Assembly (NCBI GenBank): GCA_050331735.1
Contig: JBHJGN010000011.1
Coordinates: 96,001 to 160,000 of the forward strand
DNA from: Cyanophyceae cyanobacterium
Lineage (GTDB): Bacteria; Cyanobacteriota; Cyanobacteriia; Cyanobacteriales; JBHJGN01
DNA length: 64,000 nucleotides
Direction: 5' to 3'
Position 1 is the stretch's first letter, and each line of letters starts with the position of its first letter. Below the pieces are notes generated by a model. That model was not told where the DNA came from, ran no database searches, and worked only from the letters and a program-made list of their open reading frames with translations. Both the position numbers and the translations under genes were made by a program. Below are positions 37,563 through 48,059 of the stretch, piece by piece.

Positions 37563-40500
37563 TTAGCTTCTGACTGCGGTTTCTTTCGGTTCTGTTTTCT
37601 CCTCCTCTGGACCAGGAGGCGAAGGTAGGCGTTTAGAAACGCGATCGCTCACTCCGGTAATGACAATATACAGCACCGGCACGACCAACAAACTTAAAAC
37701 CGTGGCTACAATCATCCCGCCGACCACCGCCGTCCCTAACGAGCGACGGGCAGCGGCTCCAGCTCCACTGGCAAGGGTCAGCGGGAAAATGCCAATAATG
37801 GTGGAAAATGCCGTCATCAGGATCGGTCGCAGGCGTTGCTCAGAGGCTTCTATTGAAGCCCTAACCAGCGATCGCCCTTGCTCGCGAAGCTGGTTGGCAA
37901 ACTCAACAATCAGAATCGAGTTTTTACTGGCTAAACCAATCAGCATTACCAACCCAATCTGACCGTAGATATCATTGGCCAGTCCTCGTAGAGACAGACC
38001 CAGGAGCGCTCCCATCACGGCCAAAGGCACCGCCATCATAATGATGAAGGGGTCGAAATAGTTTTCGTACTGAGCCGCCAACACCAGAAACACTACCACC
38101 AGTCCCAGCCCAAAAATAATTGGGGCTTGATTACCAGAGCTAATCTGTTCGAGCGCCGTCCCCGACCAAGCGTAGCTGTAGCCCACTGGCAGTACCTCTG
38201 CCGCGACCTCTTCAATGGCCGCAATGGCTTCACCAGAGCTATAGCCCGGCGCTGCCGAACCCGACACTTCCACCGCCCGGAACAAATTGAAGTGGGGAAT
38301 GGTAGAAGCTCCCGAAGTCGGCGTAAGCGTGACCAAATTACTCAGCGAGACCATCTCACCGTCGGCAGAACGCACGTAGAGCTGCCGTACATCTCCTGGC
38401 TGAGCGCGGAACTCCTGGTCGGCCTGCACATACACGCGGTAGTTGCGCTGTTGCAGAGTAAAGTCGTTAACATACTGGGAACCGAGAGCAATGCCCATAG
38501 TTTCGAGGATGTCGTCGATATCTACCTGGAGAGCTTTAGCCGCTTGCCGATTCACGCTTACCTGATAGCGAGGGGTATTGGCGGTAAAGGTGCTATACAC
38601 CGCCTGCAATTCCGGTCGCCCGTTGGCCTGCTGTAAAAACTGGTTCAGCACTTCAACTAGGTCGTTAATATCGCCGCCGGAGTTCTGGTCCTGGAGCTGG
38701 AGGCTAAATCCGCCAAAGGAACCCAGTCCCCGAATGGCCGGAGGATTATTGGGTAAGATACGGGCTTCTGGAATGGCGGCAAACTGCTGTCTCAATTGAT
38801 CAATGATGGCCTGGGCTGACTGGTTCGATTCCGTCCGCTCCGACCAGGGGGTTAAATTGGTAAAAATAATGCCGCTATTGGCGCCCCCACCGCCGAAGCT
38901 AAAACCGCCAACGGCAAATACCGTTTCCATCTCTGGTAAGTCCAACAGCTCGGCTTCCACCGTCTCCAGGACATCTCTGGTGTAGTCCAAAGACACCCCG
39001 GGCGGTCCCTGGACAATCGTAATAAAGTAGCCCTGGTCTTCTTCCGGGAGAAATCCGCCGGGAACCTGCGTATATAGATAGGCCGTCAACGCTAGCAAGA
39101 CCACAAACAGACCAATCACCACGCTCTTGAAGTGGGTAAAGCGCTTCAGCAAGCTTCGATAGCGATCGCGTAGCCACTCCAGCGCTCGGTTGAACCGCTT
39201 GAAGAACCAGTTGAGCCAGCCGGGAGGACTGGAACCTTTCCTGAGTAACAGGGCCGACAGAGAGGGGGTCAGGGTCAGCGCGAGAAACGTGGAAACGGCG
39301 ATCGCAAACGCAATGGTGAGGGCAAACTGACGATAAATCGCGCCTGTTGACCCTGGAAAAAACGCCACTGGAATAAACACCGCCATCAGCACCAGGGAGG
39401 TCGCCACCACCGCCCCAGACAGCTCTCGCATTGACGCGATCGCCGCTCGTCCCGGACTCTGCCCCTCTTCGATCAATCGGCTAATATTCTCAACTACGAT
39501 AATGGCATCATCCACAACCATCCCCGTTGCCAGCGTGAGACCAAACAGCGTCAGGGTGTTGAGCGAGAAACCAAAGGCTCTGACAAAGATAAACGTACCA
39601 ATCAAAGACGTGGGAATCGTAATAATCGGAATAATGGTCGTCCGCCAGTCTTGCAGGAAGATAAAAATCACCCCAATAACGAGCAGGATGGCGAGGAGTA
39701 GCGTATAGACGACCTCTGATAGCGACTCATACACAAAGTCCGTCGAGTCAAAAGCGATTTGGTAGCGCAGTCCCGGGGGAAAGCTTTCGGCAAGACGCGA
39801 TAATTCCTCCCGCACCGCACTAGCCACCTCGAGAGCGTTACTGCCGGGGAGCTGAGTAATGCCCAATCCCACGCCTTCTTGCCCGTTAAATCTTAAAAAC
39901 GTGCTGTAGTCCTGAGCGCCCAATTCCACCCGTCCAACATCTTTGACCTGAATCAGCGCCTCGTCGTCAGAGCGAATAACAATTTCTGCAAACTCCGCAG
40001 CGCTGGACAGCCGGGTGTCGGCTTCTAGCTCGATTTGGTAGAGCAGCTCGTCAGACGAGGGCTGCTGTCCGAGTCCCCCAATGGCCGCCTGGAGATTTTG
40101 TTCGCTGATGGCATCAACCACATCTTGAGGCGTGAGGTTGCGCGTTGCCAATCGATCCGGATTTAACCACAACCGCATCGCGTAACGGCGTTCGCCAAAA
40201 ATTTGCACGTTTCCGACCCCGTTGACCCGCTGAAGAGCCTCTGCCATGTAGATGTCGGCGTAGTTGCTCAAAAAAATCGGGCTGTAGCGATTTTCTTCAG
40301 CATAAATACCGATCGCCATTAGAAAGCCGCTGGTTTCTCGCCGAACCGTCACTCCCGTACGCTGTACTGCTTCTGGAAGCCGCGACTCAGCGACAGAAAC
40401 GCGGTTTTGCACGTCAACGGCGGCCAGGTCGGCATCTCTTGAAGGTTCAAAGGTAACATTGATACTGCTGCTGCCGCTGCTGCTGGTGGAGGATATGTAG

Positions 40501-40730
40501 CGAGAGGCTTCTACCCCATTGATTTCTCGCTCGAGGACGTTGGTAACGGTATTTTCAACGACGGTGGCGCTGGCTCCAATATAGTTCGCTGACACTGACA
40601 CTTGGGGGGGAGCCAAATCAGGATATTGAGCAATGGGCAGGGTAGGGATACTGACTGCTCCGAGCAAGAGGATCAGCAGCGCACAGACGGAGGCAAAGAT
40701 CGGTCGCTTGATGAAGAACGAGGAAAACAT
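37563..40730 (-). CDS. RND efflux transporter permease (AcrB/HAE1)
   Basis: FFIKRPIFA, GMVVDDAIIVVEN, GLASKNSILIVEFA and RLRPILMT motifs. Confidence 0.96.
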   Translation of the reverse strand: MFSSFFIKRPIFASVCALLILLLGAVSIPTLPIAQYPDLAPPQVSVSANYIGASATVVENTVTNVLEREINGVEASRYISSTSSSGSSSINVTFEPSRDADLAAVDVQNRVSVAESRLPEAVQRTGVTVRRETSGFLMAIGIYAEENRYSPIFLSNYADIYMAEALQRVNGVGNVQIFGERRYAMRLWLNPDRLATRNLTPQDVVDAISEQNLQAAIGGLGQQPSSDELLYQIELEADTRLSSAAEFAEIVIRSDDEALIQVKDVGRVELGAQDYSTFLRFNGQEGVGLGITQLPGSNALEVASAVREELSRLAESFPPGLRYQIAFDSTDFVYESLSEVVYTLLLAILLVIGVIFIFLQDWRTTIIPIITIPTSLIGTFIFVRAFGFSLNTLTLFGLTLATGMVVDDAIIVVENISRLIEEGQSPGRAAIASMRELSGAVVATSLVLMAVFIPVAFFPGSTGAIYRQFALTIAFAIAVSTFLALTLTPSLSALLLRKGSSPPGWLNWFFKRFNRALEWLRDRYRSLLKRFTHFKSVVIGLFVVLLALTAYLYTQVPGGFLPEEDQGYFITIVQGPPGVSLDYTRDVLETVEAELLDLPEMETVFAVGGFSFGGGGANSGIIFTNLTPWSERTESNQSAQAIIDQLRQQFAAIPEARILPNNPPAIRGLGSFGGFSLQLQDQNSGGDINDLVEVLNQFLQQANGRPELQAVYSTFTANTPRYQVSVNRQAAKALQVDIDDILETMGIALGSQYVNDFTLQQRNYRVYVQADQEFRAQPGDVRQLYVRSADGEMVSLSNLVTLTPTSGASTIPHFNLFRAVEVSGSAAPGYSSGEAIAAIEEVAAEVLPVGYSYAWSGTALEQISSGNQAPIIFGLGLVVVFLVLAAQYENYFDPFIIMMAVPLAVMGALLGLSLRGLANDIYGQIGLVMLIGLASKNSILIVEFANQLREQGRSLVRASIEASEQRLRPILMTAFSTIIGIFPLTLASGAGAAARRSLGTAVVGGMIVATVLSLLVVPVLYIVITGVSDRVSKRLPSPPGPEEEKTEPKETAVRS

Positions 40731-40746
40731 AGAGGGAAGGTCAGGC

Positions 40747-40781
40747 GGTTAGGGGTTGATGGTTAATGGTTGATTGTTGAG
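40747..40781. repeat. Heptamer tandem repeat (STRR-like), 5 copies
   Basis: GGTTAGG GGTTGAT GGTTAAT GGTTGAT TGTTGAG. Confidence 0.6.
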
Positions 40782-40877
40782 GGCTTTCTCTTCCAGGTGC
40801 TCTTGATCGCTTTTAAAGTAGCGATAGGTCTCCCGACTCTATTTCAGAGCAATCTCTCACTGCCGCAATTTTTACAG

Positions 40878-42275
40878 TTAAGGATTCGCAACCTCTGCAT
40901 CCTGTGGTTGAGATTGAGGTTGAATTGGGGTTCCGTCTGACAGTTTGAGGATGCCAGTGACGATCAGGCGATCGCCTGCTGCTACCCCTGCTAGCACAGG
41001 ATAGCTGTTGTTCTGAACTTCTCCCACCTCGACCGGAACTTGCTGCGCTACTAGCTGCGCTTCCCCTTCCGGGGTTTCCTGCGCTACATAGACAAAGGCT
41101 TGTCCGCCGACGCGGGTGACGGCGACTGTGGGGACGAGAACACCAGAACGCTCGTCCCAAACAATTTGAGCGCGGACATCTTGTTCGTCGCGCAACTGTC
41201 CGTCTGAGTTAGGAAATCTGGCCTGGGCTAAAATCGTCTGCGAGTTTGAGCTAACTTGGGGCGAGACAAAGGTAATCTGTCCTGAACCAAGGGGGTTACC
41301 CTGCATGTCGCTCAGCTCTACAGAAAGCCCCGTCCGCAAGTCAGAACGCCGCTCGACGGGAACCGCTAACTCCAGCTCGAGCGGGTCGTTTTGAGTCACG
41401 CTGGTGAGCGCATCACCCGGACTTACGTACTCTCCGAGCTTGATGCTAATATTACCCACCTCCCCAGCAAAGGGAGCCGTGAGGGTTGTATCCTGAAGCT
41501 GCTCCCGCGCCGCCGCGACATCCGCTTGCGCTTCTCTTACGTCCGCCTCCGCTTGATTGAGGCTGGCGCGGGCGGCCTGAATGCGGTCCTCAATCGCGCG
41601 CAGTTCGGCAGTGGCAGTTCGGCGATCGCGTTCTACTAGGTCTAACTCCTCTCTGGCCAGCGCTCCTTCTTCGACTAAAAACTGCCGGCGGCGATATTGC
41701 TCGTTTTGCAACTCTACTTCTGCCGCCGCTACGCCTCGCTCTGACTGCACGGACTGAAGCTGCGCCAGCGCATTGGCCCGCGCTGATTGGGCCGCATCTA
41801 CAGCCGCTTGCAAACTGGCCAACTCTGCCGATTGCCGATCCGGGCTAAGCTGAATCAGCGAGTCTCCCGCCTGCACCTCAGAGCCTTCATCGACGTAGAG
41901 ACGGCTGACCCGTCCCTGAATTTCGGGACTGATGGTTGCCGATAGAGGCGATGTCAAACTACCAATAAATTCGGAAGTCTCTAGCACAGTTGACGTTTGC
42001 ACCGTCTCCAGCTCAACGGGAACTGCCTGTGCCTGTGCTTGAGCCGCTTGCTCTGGAGAACCAGCAGATTTTTGCCACCAGCGCCACCCTCCGTATCCCA
42101 GTCCAAGGAGCAGCGCAACGCCAAGGGCAATCAGCCAAGGCTGTTTAGACTCTGTTGCAGACGAGGGAGGTTGACCCTTCGGAGCAGACTTGCCATTGGC
42201 GGTCTGTCCCTCGGCGATCGCTGACTGGGAAGAGTTATTGGAGTTTGGCGGATACTGAGGAGAATTTGAAGGCAT
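40878..42275 (-). CDS. RND periplasmic adaptor subunit (MFP)
   Basis: TM anchor, lipoyl halves (ISPEIQGRV, LTAPFAGEV), long alpha-hairpin and LVPTVAV. Confidence 0.93.
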   Translation of the reverse strand: MPSNSPQYPPNSNNSSQSAIAEGQTANGKSAPKGQPPSSATESKQPWLIALGVALLLGLGYGGWRWWQKSAGSPEQAAQAQAQAVPVELETVQTSTVLETSEFIGSLTSPLSATISPEIQGRVSRLYVDEGSEVQAGDSLIQLSPDRQSAELASLQAAVDAAQSARANALAQLQSVQSERGVAAAEVELQNEQYRRRQFLVEEGALAREELDLVERDRRTATAELRAIEDRIQAARASLNQAEADVREAQADVAAAREQLQDTTLTAPFAGEVGNISIKLGEYVSPGDALTSVTQNDPLELELAVPVERRSDLRTGLSVELSDMQGNPLGSGQITFVSPQVSSNSQTILAQARFPNSDGQLRDEQDVRAQIVWDERSGVLVPTVAVTRVGGQAFVYVAQETPEGEAQLVAQQVPVEVGEVQNNSYPVLAGVAAGDRLIVTGILKLSDGTPIQPQSQPQDAEVANP

Positions 42276-42528
42276 GACTGCATCTGTTAAAGTTCAAGTC
42301 TAGACTGCCTGCTCTTGTCGGCAGATGAATGCAAGGAGCGTACGCTCTGTTGAGGCAAGCATCTTACGAATTATTAAGCCTGCTCCCTATTAATAGTTTT
42401 AACTGCTGATGTTGACATCTGCCTTTTTAGAGACATCTTGCCTAGTCTCGAAAACGACCAGGAGCGATCACCGCTGCTCTGTCTTTACAGACTACAATGT
42501 AAGAACTCTGGTTCTCTGAGGTAAACCC

Positions 42529-43269
42529 GTGGCGCTTTCTCCTTCCCAACTGCCCGTATCTCTTCCAGATCATCGGCAACTGCCCGAATCCGATGGCACC
42601 TTCGTGAAAAACTTTCAGGAACATCCCCAGAGCCTGCTGCTCACCAGTGCTATTCGCCCTGTTCTCGATGGCCTCCATCCCGATGGTCGCTACGCGATTG
42701 GCCAAGACTGCGGCATCTACTGGCGATTAACTGAGCCACCAGAGCGGGGAGCAGAAGCGCCTGACTGGTTTTATGTACCAAACGTTCCGCCTTTGCTCAA
42801 CGGTGAACGGCGGCGTTCCTACGTCCTGTGGAACGAATTTATTGCACCGCTGATAGCGATTGAGTTTGTTTCTGGAAATGGCTCTGAAGAACGGGATACC
42901 ACTTCGCCATTTGCTAATCCTGAGTCGAAAGCGGGCAAATTTTGGGTTTACGAACAGGCTATTCGCATCCCCTTCTACGCTATCTACGAAGTCGAAAAAG
43001 CCACCGTCGAAGTCTATGAATTAATTGCCCATCGCTATTGCCGCTGCGAACCCAACGAGCGCGGTCATTATTCAATCCCACCGCTAGGAGTAGAACTGGG
43101 AATCTGGCAAGGACAGTATCTCAATCAAGCTTTTCCCTGGCTACGCTGGTGGGACCGTGAGGGAAATTTATTGCTGACAGGTGACGAACGCGCCGAGCAG
43201 GAACGGCAGCGCGCCGAGCGACTAGCAGCCAAGCTGCAAGAGCTTGGGGTTAATCCGGACGAACTCTGA
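42529..43269 (+). CDS. Uma2 family endonuclease
   Basis: APDWFYVP, PLIAIEFVS, KFWVYEQ, WLRWWD and the ERAEQERQRAER tail. Confidence 0.9.
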   Translation: MALSPSQLPVSLPDHRQLPESDGTFVKNFQEHPQSLLLTSAIRPVLDGLHPDGRYAIGQDCGIYWRLTEPPERGAEAPDWFYVPNVPPLLNGERRRSYVLWNEFIAPLIAIEFVSGNGSEERDTTSPFANPESKAGKFWVYEQAIRIPFYAIYEVEKATVEVYELIAHRYCRCEPNERGHYSIPPLGVELGIWQGQYLNQAFPWLRWWDREGNLLLTGDERAEQERQRAERLAAKLQELGVNPDEL

Positions 43270-43346
43270 ATAAGGGACTGCTCCTAATCACCAGATAGAT
43301 TCAGGGGGCTCGCCTGAGCAGTATTTCTCCGGTCACTTGACTCTCT

Positions 43347-44366
43347 TTACCCGATGCCCATTAAACTGGCGATCGCTCGCCCAACATTTTGGGGCTGCAT
43401 GGCATCGGTGGCGGCGGTGGGCTCGTAGCCGCAGTGAACCATACAGTCTGCGCATTTGGGGTTACCGCTGGCGCGTCCGTAGCGGCTCCAGTCGGTTTGC
43501 TCCAGTAACTCATTAAAAGTGGTGTAATGCCCCTCATCGAGAAGATAACAGGGTTTCTGCCAGCCAAAAACGCTATAGCTTGGGCTTCCCCAGGGAGTGC
43601 ATTCGTAGTCTTTTGCGCCGATGAGAAAATCGAGAAATAACGGGTTGTGATTAAAGTTCCAGCGCTTTTTACCCGCTTTGTAAGGAGCCAAAATTTCTCG
43701 AAAGAGCGATCGCGTTTGTTCCCGTCTCAGAAAGTGTTTCTGATCCGGGGCTCGTTCGTAGCTATAGCCAGGGGAAATCATCATGCCATCGGTGCCCAGA
43801 GAGTCCAAAAAGTCGAAAAACTCCTGCATTTCTTCCGGGTCGGCTCCTGCAAACACGGTAGTATTGGTCGTAACTCGAAATCCTTTCGCTTTAGCCGCTC
43901 GAATCGCGTTAACGGCAGTATCGAATACGCCGCGACGATTAACACAGCGATCGTGCTGTTCCCGCAATCCGTCAAGATGAACGCTAAAAGTTAAATAAGG
44001 AGAAGGCTGAAATTTACCGAGGCTCTTTTCCAGCAACAAGCCATTGGTACAGAGATAAACAAACTTGCGTCGCTCTACCAACCCCTTGACAATTTCATCA
44101 ATTTGCGGGTGCAGTAAGGGTTCTCCTCCAGGAATCGACACCACAGGCGCGCCGCATTCTTCAACCGCCGCAAAGCACTGTGCAGGCGTGAGATGCTGCT
44201 GGAGAACATTCTGAGGATGTTGAATTTTACCGCAGCCAGGACAGGCAAGGTTACAGCGAAATAGCGGCTCCAGCATCAATACTAGAGGATAGCGCTGGCG
44301 ACCTTTGAGCCGCTGAGCCACAATATACTTTCCGACTTCTAGAGCTTGCTGTAACTGAATCGCCAT
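43347..44366 (-). CDS. hpnH: Adenosyl-hopene transferase (radical SAM)
   Basis: [27 protein letters not shown] and C-terminal [14 protein letters not shown]. Confidence 0.93.
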   Translation of the reverse strand: MAIQLQQALEVGKYIVAQRLKGRQRYPLVLMLEPLFRCNLACPGCGKIQHPQNVLQQHLTPAQCFAAVEECGAPVVSIPGGEPLLHPQIDEIVKGLVERRKFVYLCTNGLLLEKSLGKFQPSPYLTFSVHLDGLREQHDRCVNRRGVFDTAVNAIRAAKAKGFRVTTNTTVFAGADPEEMQEFFDFLDSLGTDGMMISPGYSYERAPDQKHFLRREQTRSLFREILAPYKAGKKRWNFNHNPLFLDFLIGAKDYECTPWGSPSYSVFGWQKPCYLLDEGHYTTFNELLEQTDWSRYGRASGNPKCADCMVHCGYEPTAATDAMQPQNVGRAIASLMGIG

Positions 44367-44424
44367 TGTTGCCACACTCTTCACTGTTCATCTCAGATTA
44401 TAGAGCGCCTTCTGGCTTCGTTGT

Positions 44425-44892
44425 CTACGTAGATTGAGGACCAATATTAGTCACGGTGCTGCTGATAAAGGCAATTTTCTTTTGAAGTTCTAAAGTCTTG
44501 AGCTGTTCTAGTAATTCCTCAGCTTGAGACGACAGCTTGTAGTTGAAAGGAATGTTGACGGTTGAGCCGGATTCTACAGCTTGGGCGAGGAAATACCAAA
44601 AATAGAGCTTGCCCTCGTCACTTAAAGAGCGGTATTCTTCCCCTACCTCTGTATCAGCGCCTTCTACTAGATGCCGCAGTGCCTGTAGCTGTTCCTCGGC
44701 TGGCTTTTGTTTAACCCGCTCAACCAAACTAGAAGCAATATCATCTCCCGTCATGTCCTCACTCCCAAGACTGACTGTTTCTTTGATGTCGGCGAAAAGC
44801 TGCCACAGTAGAGCAAGCTGACTATCGACATCCATCACTTTCAGAGCCTGTATTGCTTGGTCTAAATGGTCAGCTATATTCTGAATAGTCAT
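44425..44892 (-). CDS. Orange carotenoid protein N-terminal-domain protein (HCP-like), divergent
   Basis: VDSQLALLW, EEQLQALRHL, Y..LS..GKLYFWYFLAQ and P.NYKLS..A..LL..LK.L patterns. Confidence 0.78.
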   Translation of the reverse strand: MTIQNIADHLDQAIQALKVMDVDSQLALLWQLFADIKETVSLGSEDMTGDDIASSLVERVKQKPAEEQLQALRHLVEGADTEVGEEYRSLSDEGKLYFWYFLAQAVESGSTVNIPFNYKLSSQAEELLEQLKTLELQKKIAFISSTVTNIGPQST

Positions 44893-45153
44893 CAACAATT
44901 TCCTTGGATTCTTCAATGTGTATCAGTGTGTCAAAAATAGCCATGCTCAGACACTAACCAGAGAGAGAATTGAGTCAAACTCTACAGAGTAATACAGGAA
45001 CGCGACGGGAGCCGAGCGGTTGATCGTGGCGATCGCCTGCTCCAAATTAGGTCAACAATCGTCTCTGGGCCGATGTAAAATCTAAAGTCTGACAACTAAG
45101 ATGGCGAAGGATAATAGTTGCCAGCAGCCGTTATCAGAGGAGTCGTCTATTCC

Positions 45154-47496
45154 ATGCCCATGCCAGAAACTAATCAATTTGTCCCGGCCCAAGAACTGCC
45201 TTGGTCTACCCTTGGGGCTGTACAAAGCGTTCATCAACACCAGCAGCAGATTGACATCGCCTGTGGTGGTTCTCGGCTGCGAGTGAGCGTCCTCGCCTCA
45301 AATCTGGTGCGGGTGCGGATCGCTCCTTCAGGAGAATTTCAGTCCCGTCGTTCTTGGGCAGTAGCCCAAGCGGATAGCAACTGGGGTGCTGTCCCGTTTG
45401 AGCTTGATGAGACGGCAAGCAGTATCACAATTAAGACCGCAGCGTTCCGCCTCGAAATCGAGCGCGAGTCCTGTCAAATTAGCTGCTACGACAATGACAA
45501 TCGTCCCTTTGCTCAAGACCGGTGGTTAAACGTCGCCTGGCGCACTGGAAAAATTGCCTGCTGGAAGCGCATTGAAGCGGACGAACATTTTTATGGACTG
45601 GGCGAACCAACTGGAGGACTCGATCAGCTTGGGACAAGGCGCATTCAATGGTCGGTCGATGCCCTCGACTATACCGTGTTAACCGATGCTATGTATACCA
45701 ACATTCCGGTGCTGATGGCGTTGCGCCCAGAGCTAGCCTACGGGGTGTTTCTCAACACTACATTTTGGAGCCAATTCGATCTGGGTTCCCAAGAACCAAG
45801 GCTGTGGCGCATGGAAACTGAAAGTAGCGAACTCGATTACTACATTATCTACGGTCCTGAACCCGCTCAAATCCTACATACCTACACTAAACTGACCGGA
45901 CGGATGCCGATGCCGCCTCGCTGGGCGTTAGGGTATCATCAGTGTCGCTGGAGCTACGACCGCGAAGAGGTGGTCTATGAGCTAGCCGAGGAATTTCGGG
46001 CGCGTCGTCTTCCCTGCGATGTTGTTCACCTCGACATTGACTACATGCAGGGCTATCGAGTATTTACCTGGGATGAAGAACGCTTTCCTTACCCCGATAA
46101 ACTGATTCAGTCCCTTGCCCAAGATGGCTTCAAAACCGTCGTCATCAACGATCCGGGCGTAAAGTACGAACCCGAACAAGAATACTTCGTACTTAAGCAA
46201 GGGTTAAAAAACAACTACTTTGTCACCGAAAAGAACGGACAATATTTCCATAGCTATGCTTGGGCAGATCGCTCGCTGTTTCCAGACTTTCTGCGTCCGG
46301 AAGTGCGGCAGTGGTGGGGCGAACTTCAGCACCATCTCACGGACGTTGGGGTAGCGGGCATCTGGAACGATATGAACGAACCGTCAATCGCTGATCGCCC
46401 GTTTGGAGATGACGGCAACAAAATTGCCTTTCCCCTCGACGCTCCCCAAGGACCGACAGACGAGCGCACCAACCACGCTGAAACCCACAATCTCTACGGG
46501 CAGATGATGGCTCGCGCCTGTCGTGAAGGATTGCAGCGCTTACGCCCTCAATCGCGCTCGTTTGTGCTTACTCGTTCGGGAACCGCTGGCATTCAGCGCT
46601 GGTCCGCCGTGTGGACCGGGGACAATCAATCGCTCTGGGAGTACCTAGAAATGTCCCTGCCTCAGCTTTGCAATCTGGGGCTATCGGGAGTGTCTTTTAC
46701 CGGCGCAGACATCGGTGGCTTTGCCGGTAACGCCACGGCAGAACTGTTTGCTCGCTGGATTCAGATTGGAATGCTCTACCCAATGATGCGCGGTCACTCG
46801 ATGGCGGGAACCGAACAGCACGAACCCTGGATTTTTGGGGAAAGAGTCGAAAATATCTGTCGCGAATACCTGGAACTGCGCTATCGTCTGCTGCCTTACC
46901 TCTACACTCTATTTTGGCAGTCGGCCACCACGGGAGCGCCAATTATCAGACCATTGCTATATCACTATCCTAACGATCCGCAGACCTACACGCTCTCCGA
47001 TCAGGTGATGCTCGGTTCTTGCCTCATGGCGGCTCCGATTTATCGACCGGGCAGCGAGCATCGTGCCGTTTATCTTCCCCAGGGAACGTGGTACGACTGG
47101 TGGAGCGGTCAATCATATCAGGGTCCAACACACATTTTGGCCCATGCTCCCCTTGAGCGAATGCCGCTATACGCTCCGGCTGGCAGCATCATTCCTCTCG
47201 GACCGGTCATGCAGCACACTAGCGAGCGCTCTCTAGACGAACTAATTCTAAAAGTGTATCCGGGAACCGGAATCGCCACTCTGTATGAAGATGACGGAGA
47301 GAGTTTTGAGTACCAGCAGGGCGCTTGGGCAACAACCGCTTACCGCGTTTACCAAGAAGACCAGTGGTGCGTTGAAGTCGAAGCACGGCAAGGGCAGTGG
47401 ACTCCTCCCCAACGCCAGGTTCAAGTCGAACTAGTCGGCATTGGCGAGCAAACTTTTACAGATGATGGCACGGCTCGACGACTGAGCTTTACCTAA
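45154..47496 (+). CDS. Glycoside hydrolase family 31 (alpha-glucosidase)
   Basis: GYHQCRWSY, LDIDYM, nucleophile WNDMNEP, WTGDN and GADIGGF motifs. Confidence 0.95.
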   Translation: MPMPETNQFVPAQELPWSTLGAVQSVHQHQQQIDIACGGSRLRVSVLASNLVRVRIAPSGEFQSRRSWAVAQADSNWGAVPFELDETASSITIKTAAFRLEIERESCQISCYDNDNRPFAQDRWLNVAWRTGKIACWKRIEADEHFYGLGEPTGGLDQLGTRRIQWSVDALDYTVLTDAMYTNIPVLMALRPELAYGVFLNTTFWSQFDLGSQEPRLWRMETESSELDYYIIYGPEPAQILHTYTKLTGRMPMPPRWALGYHQCRWSYDREEVVYELAEEFRARRLPCDVVHLDIDYMQGYRVFTWDEERFPYPDKLIQSLAQDGFKTVVINDPGVKYEPEQEYFVLKQGLKNNYFVTEKNGQYFHSYAWADRSLFPDFLRPEVRQWWGELQHHLTDVGVAGIWNDMNEPSIADRPFGDDGNKIAFPLDAPQGPTDERTNHAETHNLYGQMMARACREGLQRLRPQSRSFVLTRSGTAGIQRWSAVWTGDNQSLWEYLEMSLPQLCNLGLSGVSFTGADIGGFAGNATAELFARWIQIGMLYPMMRGHSMAGTEQHEPWIFGERVENICREYLELRYRLLPYLYTLFWQSATTGAPIIRPLLYHYPNDPQTYTLSDQVMLGSCLMAAPIYRPGSEHRAVYLPQGTWYDWWSGQSYQGPTHILAHAPLERMPLYAPAGSIIPLGPVMQHTSERSLDELILKVYPGTGIATLYEDDGESFEYQQGAWATTAYRVYQEDQWCVEVEARQGQWTPPQRQVQVELVGIGEQTFTDDGTARRLSFT

Positions 47497-47499
47497 AAT

Positions 47500-47525
47500 T
47501 ACTGCTTCAGCTTACTGAAACAGTA
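47500..47525 (+). terminator. Hairpin directly after the GH31 stop
   Basis: TACTGCTTCAG-CTTA-CTGAAACAGTA. Confidence 0.4.
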
Positions 47526-47638
47526 GTATCAACGAGCATAATCAAATCACGATAAAGGTACGATAGTATCGGCTAGTCAATGATTGAAAATCCTAGCAAT
47601 ATAAAATTTTTAGCTTAGCAATGGGATGGATTGAACCA

Positions 47639-47900
47639 TTGACGCACTCCCACCGATAAATCGAGTGGGATTCGGCGATCCTGGCGTAGATTGCTGCGGT
47701 CCGGCAGTCTGACATCTACTCTCACCCTAGACAACGCCCTGCCTAGTTGGACTAATCCAAACAACCAGAACTGGTTTTCTTTCTTTAGGCATCGTAGAAC
47801 ACATTGAACCTCTGCTATTACCGCATGACGGTTCGTTTGATCCCAGTTAAACTACTTTGCGATATTCTCACAGTGCGTTCAAAGTTTCACCGAGATAACT
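47639..47900 (-). ncRNA. Putative TnpB-type omegaRNA (reRNA) scaffold
   Basis: Continuous chain of stems up to the right end: TTGAAC..GTTCAA multibranch, AACCAG/CTGGTT, TTGGA/TCCAA, CTAGGCA/TGTCTAG, GTAGAT..ATCTAC and TCCCAC..GTGGGA, then TCAA. Confidence 0.6.
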
Positions 47901-48059
47901 GCTAGCTAGAAGCCGCTAATTTGATTAAATCGGAGAATTTAGGAGTATTCTTCGATGAAGTAGCTTATAATTAAAACTTTCCCCGGCATTTTTTCTGCTG
48001 CTAGCTCGTTTTTCCACCCACGGCTGAAGCGCGTGGGCTGTCAAACTGCGACGGTTCTT
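47639..48059 (-). mobile_element. Non-autonomous IS200/IS605-family element (no tnpA or tnpB)
   Basis: The minus strand ends GAATCCCACTCGATTTATCGGTGGGAGTGCGTCAA, a right-end hairpin followed by TCAA. The other end carries the hairpin CCCACG(C)GCTTCAGCCGTGGG preceded by ..ATAC|AAGAA. No transposase ORF lies inside. Confidence 0.8.
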
